This document shows positions 22,189 to 33,911 of a stretch of 64,000 bases of DNA, in pieces; within the stretch, counting starts at the first letter, position 1, and each line of letters begins with the position of its first letter. Origin of the DNA: Octopus sinensis (taxonomy: Eukaryota). A program made the position numbers and the translations under genes. The DNA is taken from positions 29,574,001-29,638,000 of the forward strand of contig NC_043016.1 of the NCBI RefSeq assembly GCF_006345805.1, in the 5' to 3' direction. The notes beneath the pieces are model-generated. The model ran no database searches. It worked only from the letters and a program-made list of their open reading frames with translations, and was not told the origin of the DNA.

Positions 22189-22415
22189 TTAACCCATTAG
22201 AATTTAATCCAGCCACATCTGGCCCAAATATTCTATCTGTTTTATGTTAAAACTGACCAGATCCAACTTCTCTCACCTACCCTACTTGGTCATTCTCAAA
22301 ATAAACAAACACACTACTAGAATCTTGAAGCTACAAGATAATGCATGATTAATTCCAAACAATGGGAATAAATAAGGATTACATTTGGCAGAGTAATCTG
22401 AATGCTAAAGGCTTA
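22189..22415 (+). mobile_element. piggyBac-like MITE copy
   Basis: TTAACCCATTAG...AATGCTAAAGGCTTA; body similar to 21078-21305. Confidence 0.78.
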
Positions 22416-23080
22416 TGGATATACATATATATATTTATCCCTTTCACACATAAACCAGCCACATCAGCCCAACAACAAGAACAACGACAACTACAACAAC
22501 AACAGCAGCAGCAGCAGCAGCAACAATAACAATGAATAAATAAGCATTACCTTTGATAGAACAATCTAGTTGCTAAATGGTTAAACTACGGTCACATAAA
22601 AAATGCAGTGGGTTCACAGATAGAGTAAGAGAAAAAGTAAACTATGCATTCTGCAAATGGTCAAGAGCAGTAAAGGTAAAAAGAGCAGATGCAAAATAGA
22701 TTCTCTCAAACAAGGTTGATCCCTTCAAAGTACTTGATAGCTGTTGTAAAGTAGATGATTTAATTTGTAGTGGAGGTGAATGTACCCAAAACTTTGTAGG
22801 CTGAGTTAAAATGGGTCAGAAGAGTTCTGGGAATTATTTCCTGAAAGTGAAAAACAGAAACAATATGATGTTTGTGTATAAATTTCAGTTCTGCAAATTG
22901 AGAGATACAAAGTGTTTAATGTAGAGAATTTGTTGTGAAAATTAGAAAACAAAACAGAAGGAAAAAAACACAATCATGCTTCATTGGACATCTAACTTTG
23001 GTGTCATGAACAATAGGGCACAAATGAGCTGATAGACGAAAAGAAAAAAAAAAAACTGAATGAAAGATGAATTAGATGTA

Positions 23081-23200
23081 CAGTAATCCCTCGACTATCA
23101 TGGGTGTTATGTTCCAAAACCTTCCACAGAAATAATTAAAATCTAAAAAAATATAAGTATCTATCAGCTGCAGAAAGCCAGATATACTGAGGAGCCCATG
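23081..23200 (+). mobile_element. Possible Tigger/pogo-type MITE end
   Basis: TA|CAGTAATCCCTCGACTATCATGGGTGTTATGTTCC resembles pogo/Tigger TIRs; no matching right end found. Confidence 0.4.
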
Positions 23201-24205
23201 ATATAAATTTATGTATATTAGCCAGAAAATTCCCCGATGTACTGACTGAGTGATAGGTAAACTGTGATGTACTCAGTACGTGATAGGTGAAGCCCGATAT
23301 GGTGAGAGATTACTGTAATGTGTATACCATAGCAAGACTGCAGTGGTATAGGCATGTGAAGTGAATGGAAGATGACAGTTATAAACAGAAGTGTAGCATA
23401 CTCATATTGGATGCAGTGTGGGAGAGAGAGAAAGAGTGAGTGAGAGGGAGGGGTGCAAGCAAGTGAGAAAAGGAGAAAGGGAGAGAGAGAGAGAGAGTGA
23501 AAGATAGAAGGAGAAAGAGAGAAAGCTAAGAAGACATGGCATGGAGTGTTGAAAACTGACTTTAAGGTGCTGAACATCAGGAAGGAGATGAGAAAGATCC
23601 TTCACAATTGATGATGTGCGATGCTGGGGAACATTTGCCCACCTATGTAGGTACATTGGAATGAAACATTAAAATGGTGGTAGTGATGGATGCCAGGTGA
23701 CCTACATTAGGGTTGTCGTTCACACAATGTATCCTTGTTAAGTCTCTATCTGCTGCTCTTTGAAACCCTTTTAACTCTTTATCATTCATATCACTATCAC
23801 TCACTCAATCTCTTTCTCTCTCCCTTTCTCCATCACTCACCTTTCTCTTCCCTCTCCCTCTCCATTCACTCTTTCTTCTATTCACTGTACCATGTCACTA
23901 ATTTTATAAAATGGGTGACTAGCTAGAGAAAATAATGTAGTGTTGAATGGACCCTTTAGCCTGATCAAGAGCATGACAACCTCTCTAATGTTGGTGCCAC
24001 AATGAACTACACCTGGTAGGAAGGGCATCCAGTTCTAGAGATCAACCCCCAAATTCTCTCTACCGGTATAACACCCACTGACAAGCACACACAAAATTCC
24101 ATCCCACTGGTCAAAATCAACACAGCGAATAGAGCGATGCATGTGCAGTAAGCAAGCTACTTACCACATAGTCACTCCTGTGCCTATATATATATGTATG
24201 TGTTA

Positions 24206-24277
<72 letters not shown>

Positions 24278-24325
24278 TATATTCTTACATGCCACTTATT
24301 TTGGACTTACAAACAATTGACCAAG

Positions 24326-24357
<32 letters not shown>

Positions 24358-24524
24358 CATACATACACACACACATATACATACATACACACACACACAC
24401 ACAATTTCACAGAATTAACTTTTGCTTTTTGGGGAAGTGAGATAAAATAAAGTACCAGTCATTTACTGTAAATTGTGAGTTGTTGGTTTGTGTCTAATTA
24501 AAAAATTCTTCTTCTTCTTCTACT

Positions 24525-25151
24525 AATTAGCAAGCTGGGCAAAATGCTTAGCAGCATTTCATCCATCCTTATGTTCTGAGTCCAAATTCTGCCAAGATTA
24601 ACTTTGCCTTTCATCCTTTTGCAGTTGAGGAAATAAGTACCAGTCATGCACTGAGGTCAATGTAATCGACTTATCTCTGCGCCAAAATTTCAGGCCTTGT
24701 CCTTATAATAGAAAGGATTATTACTATTATTATTATTATTATCATTATTATTATTTTTAAGGTGGCAAGCTGGCAGAATCATTAGCGTGCCGGGTGAAAT
24801 GCTTAGCGGTATTTCATCTGCTGTTACGTTCCGAGTTCAAATTCCGTCGAGGTCGACTTTACCTTTCATCCTTTCGGTGTCGATAAATTAAGTACCAGTT
24901 GTATATTTGGGTCGATCTATTCGACTGGCACTCCCCCTACAAATTTCAGGCTTTGTGCCTACAGTAGAAAGAATTATTATTATTATTATTTGTATCAAGG
25001 ATTATTATCATTCAGTAAAGTACTGAGGTCAATGTAGTAGACTGCACCCCTCTCCACAGTCCCTCTCTCCCCCATTCTCTCTCTCCCCCATTCCCCTCTC
25101 CCCATTACCCCCTTCGAAAAAATTTCAGGCCTTGTACCTAAAGCAGAAAGA

Positions 25152-25211
<60 letters not shown>

Positions 25212-25251
25212 CATCATCATCATCATTATTATTATTTTTTTATTATTATTA

Positions 25252-25300
<49 letters not shown>

Positions 25301-25358
25301 CAGCATTATTATTATTTTATTATTATTATATTATTATTTTATTATTATTTTATTATTA

Positions 25359-25397
<39 letters not shown>

Positions 25398-25550
25398 CGC
25401 CGAAGTCGACTTTGCCTTTCATTTTTTCGGGGTTCGATAAATTAAATACCAGTGAAATACTGAGGTCGATAAAATCTTCTAGCCACCCCCCTCCCTCCCT
25501 CAAAATTTCAGGCCTTGTGCCTATTGTAGAAAGGATTATTATTATTATTA
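24525..25550 (+). mobile_element. Tandem SINE-B cluster with (TAT)n tails directly upstream of SPAST
   Basis: Four units (about 24525-24755, 24760-24990, 25015-25395, 25396-25550), each ending TTTCAGGC(C/T)TTG..CCTA..GTAGAAAG.ATTATTATT or a close variant; a further partial copy near 24415-24500. Confidence 0.85.
25160..25395. repeat. Expanded (TAT)n SINE tail
   Basis: Directly visible. Confidence 0.95.
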
Positions 25551-25605
25551 AAAGTTTTTTTCAGTTTCTTGAAGCGACCGTGCTCGAGTTGTCTCCCTTC
25601 AAAGA

Positions 25606-25749
25606 ATGGCGGACACCATAAAATGCAACGCCGTGGTAGTGGAAGGATTTTTGGCCGGAAAAGACACGAGAATCATTCAAAGAATCAGCCTAAAAGTGAA
25701 CGTTCATTCCATAGACAGAATGTACGACTGTTTGCAACACCAATATTAA
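25606..25749 (+). CDS. Out-of-frame upstream ORF overlapping the SPAST start (47 aa, [14 protein letters not shown]...LQHQY)
   Basis: ATG at 25606 in a strong context (agaATGG), 17 nt before the SPAST ATG, stop TAA at 25747-25749. Translation is unproven. Confidence 0.45.
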   Translation: MADTIKCNAVVVEGFLAGKDTRIIQRISLKVNVHSIDRMYDCLQHQY

Positions 25750-26028
25750 TTCTATTCGCCATAATACGGTCCGTTGCTGCCCAGTTATGGCTCGTTTTAG
25801 TCGTGCTTGTGTGCAAAAGTCGTAAATCCATTTCGTACAAATGTGAGAAAGCTTCAAAGAAAAAATGTTTAGATGAAGAAAAGGCTTTCATGATGTCGTA
25901 TTCTGAATCAGGGAAGATAAGAACTACTCTGGGGCCTGGTGAACCTTCATTGTCGAAGCAGAAACACCACCATAGAAAAGCTTTTGAATATATTTCCAAA
26001 GCTTTGAAAATTGATGAAGAAGATGCAG
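25623..26028 (+). CDS. SPAST: Spastin, coding exon 1 (N-terminal hydrophobic hairpin and first MIT helix)
   Basis: [31 protein letters not shown] matches spastin HKRNLYYFSYPL...LLR.VAFHLGLLF, and [21 protein letters not shown] matches the MIT start (Drosophila [18 protein letters not shown]). Donor CAG|GTATGT is phase 1, as for human exon 1. Confidence 0.93.
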
Positions 26029-27087
26029 GTATGTAAAGCATTAATTTCTATGTATACAAACACACACCCACACTCAACATGTTCTGCAAACATGAAGGAA
26101 GCCTGTACGTAATCACTCCTCCTGCTAGAAACAGCAGCGAATTTTCCTTCATATTACACCTCCTCCTTTTGAATGAAAAAGAGGGACACTTTTGATGATG
26201 TGCTCCTAGATATATTATGTATGAAAAAGCGAAATAGTTATGGCTATAGTCAGTGCCTTTTAATTATTATGTCTACAATAACTGAACCGATCTGAGTCTA
26301 TACAACTTTTGTTTAAAAACGTAATATTGATACATAAAACTCTTGAATATCCACGTCTATACTTGCATAAAAATTCACACTTGATGCATACTCTGTTTCT
26401 ACCTGTAGATAATTTAAAATTAAATCGATAACACTACGCGCTAAAATTCATTCAGCTTTCATACTGTTTACCAGTATTAATCATAATAACTGATTTCTTT
26501 TATTGGCATCTTAAGTTCAAGAATTTGATGAAAAGGAATACATAGGAAAAAAATATTATAACAAAATGCAAGAAATATTGTGGGAATTTAGTTCGGTTTA
26601 GTTAGGACGAAACAATAACAGTAAAAAAAATACGTTAATTAAAAGAAAGCAGAAATAATAATGACAATATATATTTGTTTTATTTCTAATATTTATTCTA
26701 ATTATAATTCATCCCAAAAAGGAATAACTTAAATTCAGTTTAGACATGCATAACAAAGAAATCCCCGCAAACGTCATTTGAATTGTTGCGTCTTTTAAAA
26801 AAAGCACCTGTTAAGAAAAGGCGCGCTTGACAATTGTCAACATCGCTAATAACTATTTTCGTTATTATTTTCAGTTTTATTTATTTATTTATATATGTTA
26901 TAAGCTAGTACATGAACAGACTTTTATCGTTTTCATGACATTTAAACATTTCTTTGTTATTCATCTATATAATATTATGTAGCCATGACAGCAGAATCAT
27001 TTGTTACGCTTCACTAAACATCAATGTAATTCTCTCTGAATATATGTGATATATATTATATACATTATATATCTATAGCAATTTATA

Positions 27088-27143
<56 letters not shown>

Positions 27144-27509
27144 GGTTTACAAAAAATGTAATGTTTTGATAATGTATGTTTGCTTTATAGTTTGTGAAGT
27201 AACCGCAATAACTGGATTGTTTTCTTTAATTCCATTCTATCATTCTTTATAAAATAGCTTCATGTTTTAATACACCTTAATACATGTTAATAGACTAGTT
27301 AACCAACGGCATTGCGGCTACTGAAGGCATTCCTTTTGTGTGTGTTAAACATAATTTAGAACCATCAATGACTTCACTAGCACATAGTCGGACCTAATTT
27401 GTCATTCTGTTGGGGGAGCTGGGCTTCCTCTTGGGAGGCTGCAAGCTACTGTTGCACAACATTTGTGCAACAAATACATCACACCAATAGTGCCTCTGTG
27501 AGTGTGTGT

Positions 27510-27513
27510 GTAA

Positions 27514-27572
<59 letters not shown>

Positions 27573-27671
27573 CATCTATCCATCTATTTATCTATCTATC
27601 CATCTATTTATCTATCTATCTATCCATCTATTTATCTATCCATCTATTTATCTATCTATCTATCCATCTAT

Positions 27672-27716
<45 letters not shown>

Positions 27717-27838
27717 CATCTATCCATCTATTTATCTATCTATCTATCCATCTATTTATCTATCTATCTATCTATCCATCCATCTATCCATCTATTTATC
27801 TATCTATCTTTCTATCTATCCATCTATCTATCTATCCA
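27510..27838. repeat. (TCTA)n/(TCCA)n microsatellite
   Basis: Directly visible. Confidence 0.95.
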
Positions 27839-29489
27839 CCCTTCCCTCCGTTGTCAGACAGTCAGTTTATTGTAATCATTTTATATCATCATCATCATCG
27901 TGACCACGATTTTTACGGACGCTACTACAATGCCACCACCACCACCATCATCAGCATCGTTACTTCATCATCTTCCTTCCATCACAAACACCGTCATCAC
28001 TTTTATCGCCAACATTTTTAATTATAAAAGGAACAGCTCATTTCATTTGAAAATCATTTCACATTCTGTAATTTTACAAAATAGGGAATGCCTTATTTTT
28101 GTTTTTCCTTCATTGGTGGTATTGTCCAGTGTTACTGCAAAACTCGTGAGGTGTGCTCGTGTTTTTGGAGATAACTCACATTCCCACAGACACAAACACG
28201 CAACACATGCAAGTTGCCAGACTTGCCTGCCTAATCTATGATCCACATGCACAAACATCCAATTTGCAGAAAAAATAAAAGAAAAAAGAAATTGAGACAT
28301 CAAAAGCTTCAGTTAATTATTGTCTTTACAACAACCATACACAATCGTCGTCATTTCTATCATGCTCTGTTGTTAAAACCTACAGACCTTAAATTATATA
28401 AATAAATATGCATAATAATGAAATACACGTATTTAATAATATTTATGTAATTCTTTTTTCTTATATACACTTTTGGCATCAAATTTGGTGCCAAGATGAA
28501 GTAATCAATTTATTATTATTATCAACAAACTACATGTTAAAGATCTGATGAGCAACATGTAGGTAAAAGGGTGCAGACGGATCATGGTGTCTCTCTGTCA
28601 GTCTATCACAAGATGGGTTTAATTATTTGGAAACCCACCTTCCATTACATAAATATGCGGTCAGCACTCCCTTTAAAATTATCAGTCGGTTGGATGCAAT
28701 GATGAGTCAAAGTTGTATGTGTTTAGTCAGTTGCCATCGCTGATTCATTCAGATAATTTTGTGAAATCAAACAGAATTTATCCAAATATGTTGTTTTGGT
28801 GGTTCAAAGCAAGGACTGTTATAGAAAATTAATTTACAGATACTTTATTCTGACTATTAGACTACCTAATTATGAAGAGTATTCCCGTTGAAAGAATGTT
28901 TTGTAATTCACTTTTCTGTCCAGGAGAGTTAGTAAAGTAATGTTGTGCATCATAAGCTAAAGGGGTATTTCCAAGTGAACAATCAACTGGTTAGAAATAA
29001 TAACTATGTTCCTCAGTTTCTCCCAAACTGCCTATGTGAAGAAAAGGAAGGGCACATTGAATAATATAGTCTTGGATGCCATTATCTGCAAATGCAATTG
29101 GATAGTCATAGCTGAATTACTGTGATCATAATAGGGGTGATTGGGGCTGACCTGGGTCTAAAGAACATATTTGCTTATCTAAATGAACTTGTTTTCATGA
29201 AAAAATAAAGTTGTTTTAAATTATAAAATAATGTAATAGTCAGTTACTTTTTGCTATTGTTTAACCCCTGGTCATTTCTGAACCAGTAGATCAAAGGACC
29301 ATATTCTAGCTATGATCATCCTGCCTTTTATTTGATATATTATTTGTCAAGGGCTATATTATCTAATGTGTTCTTTTCATTTTGGGACACCATGATGTAA
29401 TTTGAGAGTAATTTGACTGCTGTTTCTAGCAAGTCTAGTAAGTCTAATTGTTGGTTTGTTTTTATTTTTATGTAAATTAGTCAAACTTT

Positions 29490-29650
29490 ATTGGCAGCAA
29501 ACTGGCAGAATTGTTAGCATGCTGGGAAAAATGCTTAATGGTATTTTGTCTGCCTTTGAGTTCAAATTCTGCTGAGGTTCACTTAGCCTTTCATCCTTTC
29601 AGGATCAACAAAATAAGTACCAGTTGTGCTCTGGGGTCAATGTAATTGAC
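29490..29650 (+). mobile_element. SINE-B copy
   Basis: GGCAGCAAACTGGCAGAA..GAGTTCAAATTC..GCCTTTCATCCTTTC..AAGTACCAG. Confidence 0.8.
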
Positions 29651-30240
29651 ATCTAGTGTGAAAAACTGCACTCCTCTACCAAGCCATGTCGAGCCAGTGT
29701 AGCAGAGTAGACTCATCAAACTAGTATGATCTCAAGCTCAAATGTGTGGCCTCCACATTGAACTATGATTGGGCAGAGAGAACATGCTGAAGCCTTCATC
29801 CTGCATTGGACTGAACAAAGGCAATTTTTTTCAATTCAATCCAGTCAAACTTTATTACTCATTATAGATATATTTTGATGTTGCTGCTGTTGATAATGAT
29901 GGTTTGATAGATTTTTTTTTTTTTGACTGCTAGTTTTTAGTGTAATATGTTGGGACATAGATTTTGCCGATTAGAAAATATAAAGTTTAACACGTACTTA
30001 ACATTGGCTCAGAGGATGATATGTTGAAGGCTTGCTCAACTTGCAAGTTCAAATCCACTGCTGGTATTTTGTCTTTCTAAGCAGTTCACTTGGCTCTCAG
30101 ATATCTTTTCTAATATAGGAACAAGGTCTGAAATTTTTGAGGGAAGGACTTGTTGATTACATCAACCCCAGTGTACAACTAGGGGCTTATTTTATTGACT
30201 TCCAATAGAATGAGGAGCAGAATTAACCTTAGTAGTATTG

Positions 30241-30490
30241 CATTATTTACATTTGAAGGATATTTGTTCTCATCTTGTTTGTTGTTAACACAAGATTTCA
30301 GCTGATATACCCGCCAGCCTTCATCAGGTGTCTTGGGGGAAATTTCAAACCTGGGTTCTCATTCCTTAGGTATTTTTTGATGTTGTTGTTGTTGTTGTTA
30401 TTATTATTATTATTATTCAGGTCACTGCCTGGAATCGAACTCGGAATCTTGGGGTTAGTAGCCCGTGCTCATAACCACTACGCCATATGC
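30241..30490 (-). mobile_element. tRNA-headed SINE-like element with (AAT/AAC)n linker and a hammerhead-core-like tail
   Basis: Minus strand: A box TGGCGTAGTGG, B box GAGTTCGATTCC, (AAT)n(AAC)n, then CTGATGA-A-GGCTG-gcgggtatat-CAGCT-GAAA at 30327-30296. Confidence 0.65.
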
Positions 30491-30735
30491 ATATTATCAC
30501 TGAGAACATAAGACTGGAAGAAATACCACTATGCATTTTGTCTGACATGCAAATGGTTTTGCCAGCTTACTGCCTTACTCGGCCGTTAGATATCAAATTA
30601 TGTCAAGTGAATGTTACCTACATTATGTTATTTGATCTAAATTTAATCTTCCATATATAAAAATGAAGCTGAACAGAGGCCTTTTAGATAGACAAAATCT
30701 CAGAGTTTAAGCAGTGATAGGTAGTTCTACATATA

Positions 30736-30779
30736 TGGCTTTCACCCAGGTGGCCTGGGTTCGATTCCCGGCATGGGAA
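30736..30779 (+). pseudogene. 3' two-thirds of tRNA-Glu(TTC): anticodon arm, T arm, 3' acceptor strand
   Basis: TGGCTTTCACCCAGGTGGCCTGGGTTCGATTCCCGGCATGGGAA matches metazoan tRNA-Glu(TTC); D arm and 5' acceptor strand are absent; T5 at 30785-30789. Confidence 0.8.
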
Positions 30780-30884
30780 CTTGATTTTTCAGCGGTGGTG
30801 CCCCAGCATGGCCGCAGCCTTCAGGCTAAAACATTTTTAAGGATTTAAGGAACCCTAAAGGAATGATGGAGCCTCAATGTGATT

Positions 30885-31190
30885 GTTTTAATGTTGGAAA
30901 TAGCAGCCAGATGTACCTCAGATTGTATACAACCATTATAAAAATTGAAGGACATGTTGGATATTGTAGTTCTTGGTATACTATATCTGAATAAAAGCTG
31001 CGATGGTCATGGCTGGAACATGGTTATAGGTCTACAGGATCAGGATTGATCTGGGGCTAAGGAACAATGGACATATTAGGTAATGTAGTTTTAGATACAC
31101 TATGTCTGAATAACAGGTGGGGTAGTTATAACTGGAACACCTTAGGTCATAGGTCAACTGGATCAGTGTTGACCATGGACTAAACAACAG
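30885..31190 (+). repeat. Old unclassified interspersed repeat (two partial tandem copies); relatives near 26110, 28960, 29265, 31660, 36080, 42440 and 43140
   Basis: Shared motifs AAATAGCAGCCA, GGACA..TTGGAT..TGTAGT, GGTCATGGCTGGAA, GATC.GGGCTGACC.GGGGCTAA. Confidence 0.6.
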
Positions 31191-31532
31191 TTCTAGGGAG
31201 ATCAAAGTCAATGTAAACCTTCATTTCAGGAACTGAAGTGAGAAAGAATAGATATACATCATCAGCAGTATCGTTGACAATGACGACAGCAGCAGCAGCC
31301 GCAGTGGCAGCATGAATGAATGAATGAATGACTGTTTTCATGGTCTGTGAATATCTGTTGAAGAGAAGAGTAGCGATTGCTTAGGAGTAGCAGTAGGAGG
31401 AGGAGGAGGAGGAGTTACAAGTAAGTGTAGAGCAGTTAATGTCAGGTGTTGTAAGCTCTGTTGAGATGATTAAAGTGCACAGCTACTACTAGCATGGCTA
31501 TGAGTTCAAATGCTGATACCACCACCACCACC

Positions 31533-31577
<45 letters not shown>

Positions 31578-31584
31578 GCTGCTG

Positions 31585-31616
<32 letters not shown>

Positions 31617-32509
31617 GTGTTCTTCCCTTGGGCTATGAGTTTTCTCTCCTCTCAACCTACTTGAAATAGCACCTAAATTTACCTCAAATCAAACTCTATC
31701 TTTACTATCACTATAAAAGAAATGGGGCGCGTTTGGGGGTGGGGTGGGAGGGCAAGGACCTGTTAGCTAATGTAGTTATAATTTTATTCATGACCATCTT
31801 TAAGTAAATAACATAGCCATTGATAGAATGATGTCTCTATCAGAGCTGACTTGGGACTAAAGAATTTTGCATTAGTCTACCTGAGTTACAAAAATATATA
31901 CAAAATAAATATATAAATAAAAAATTTAACAAAAGCCCTACTAGTTACTGTTTAACTAGATGGCAATGAAAGCATTATAATAGAATATATAAAATGAACA
32001 ATCAGACAATTGTCTAAGATTAATATCATCCATTTTAAGAATAAGGTAACGTAGATAAAAAATAAACAAACAAACAAAAAAACCTTAATTTATCTGCTTC
32101 TACCTCCATTCTGTTCAGTTGTGCAAAGAACTGATTGAGTTATTTCCCTTGTAAAATTTCCTAATTATTTCCAAAACCACATTTTCTGAAGTAAATTCCT
32201 ACTCAACTTTTGATCCCTAACATTTAGACTCTACAATACCTGTGATATACTGATGTCCTATTTAGGGTATGCATCCTCACATCTATTTCACTCCAGGAAA
32301 CTGAATTTCAAGCAATGTAAAGCTATTAATTGTATTTTAATCCAAGCTACCATTAAAAAAGAAAACTCCCACAAAACATAAAAAGTTTACCTCCTAGTAT
32401 GACTGACCAGTCATCTTTTATGAATAAAGACCGTGACTTTTGGCATATTTGTATTTCCCTGATATTCCCAAGCTTTTTTTACAGTTGTATTCAAATGGTA
32501 CCCAAATAT

Positions 32510-33075
32510 GTTAGTTAGTTAGTTAATTTGGCTCAAAAGCAAATAGCAAGGCCATGTAGGGGGACATGGAGTTAAGTACAGGGTGGTGTTCATGTAAAGA
32601 GTTCAGGCCACTTGAGGTCAAGGGAGGCTTTGAACAAAGCGGTCGTCGGCATCTTCACCATCTCGTCTGGATCCGCAACCCGGACGGCGAAAGCTCCTCT
32701 CCTTCGATTGAGATGAAATCGTCGCAGGTAGAGCTTTTCGGAATGACCCCGCAGCCGACGCTCTGGAGCAGGAGTGAAGAACAGCTCTTTTGAGAGGTTA
32801 CACTTTCCGCTTATGATGTTGTGGGCGAGAATGAGATCACCACGGCGGTGGCATTTTTCAAGAGAATAAAGGTCGAGCGTCCTCAGCCTTTCTTCATAGG
32901 ACAAGTTTTTGAGACCATGAACCATGCAGGTAGCCAGCTTCTGGACTCTTTCGAGATGCTGTATGTCTTTGAGGAGATAAAAATATGTACCCGATACCCA
33001 AAATACAGTGGGCCAAATTTCACATACAAAATAAATTCAATATGGTCCAGAGTTGTCAAAGACATGCTTCATTTT
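32510..33075 (-). mobile_element. CR1-clade LINE 3' fragment with (TAAC)n tail
   Basis: GLKNLSYEERLRTLDLYSLE..RRGDLI....I and LRGHSEKL are CR1-type RT C-terminal motifs; tail (TTAG)n on + at 32510-32526. Confidence 0.88.
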
Positions 33076-33848
33076 TTTCTAAAATTGAATAAAATAAACT
33101 AAATAACAATGAATAAACACATACTTGTACACGATGAGCAAAATAAATAATAATAATACCAACACCACCACCACCACCACCACCACTGAAATATAAATGA
33201 AATGTCAACTGTTTTGGCCCATCCTGTATAATGTTGTTCTCGAAAAAATGTATTGCAGTGTCTTCTGTAATTATTGACATTCCTCGATATTCTGTGATCA
33301 GATTTGGTAACAATGATGGGGGACATAATCAGTTCCCTCAACCATTCAATTTCAACAACAGTCTTAGATCAACGTAAAAAGTGGTTGTTGTTGCCTTTCC
33401 ATTTCTTTTGTTACCTGCATTCTTTAATGTTAGAAAAGCCATTATTTAAGGTGCTGTGCTGGTGGAATCATTAACATGCCTGGTTAAGTGTGACATTTCA
33501 TCTGGGTTTTTTTTTTTGTTTTGAGTTTATATTCCACCAATGTCAGCTTTGCTTTCATCCTTTCGGATTTGATAAAAATAAAGTACCAGTTGAACACTAC
33601 TAGAGTCAGTGGTAGCAACTGCCCCCTCCCCCCCACTACATTTCCATCTATCAAATTCACTCACAAGACAGTGGTTAGCTCAGGGCTACAGCAGAAGACA
33701 TTTGACTAAGTTGTTACACAGTGTGATTGACCCTGAGAGCGCATAATCGCAAAGGTATTCTTGATCATAGAGTAATGACTGTACCTAATATTAGGTTATT
33801 TCAGTGGAAACAAGTAGGAACAAATCACTATTATCTCTGGACTTATAT

Positions 33849-33911
<63 letters not shown>

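Larger units (their letters stand above)
22003..24120 (+). mobile_element. Old fragmented RTE (RT to 3' end) carrying nested insertions
   Basis: Pieces translate to LEKKFQMWKQNVEL..VNTKVLM..RNSIGC (22010-22185), GGEC..WV..FWEL (22770), RLQWYRHVK.MEDDS (23335) and KTWHGVLKTDFK (23530), collinear with the 2520-3410 ORF; GGAAGGGCATCCAG 3' motif near 24020. Confidence 0.6.

Noticed and set aside
25569-25622. N-terminal extension MKRPCSSC... in the ORF track
   Set aside because: Starts at a TTG; the first in-frame ATG is 25623 and the extension has no spastin similarity.
28473-28494. 22-bp palindrome TTGGCATCAAATTTGGTGCCAA
   Set aside because: Too short and isolated to support a terminator, MITE or RNA call.
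30420-30490. Functional tRNA gene on the minus strand
   Set aside because: A and B boxes are present but acceptor and anticodon stems do not pair properly; treated as a SINE head.
31230-31315. Possible short terminal exon in the SPAST frame (GTEVRKNRY...AAVAA*) after TTTCAG
   Set aside because: Short polypyrimidine tract, low-complexity GCA run, no homology and no nearby clear poly(A) signal.
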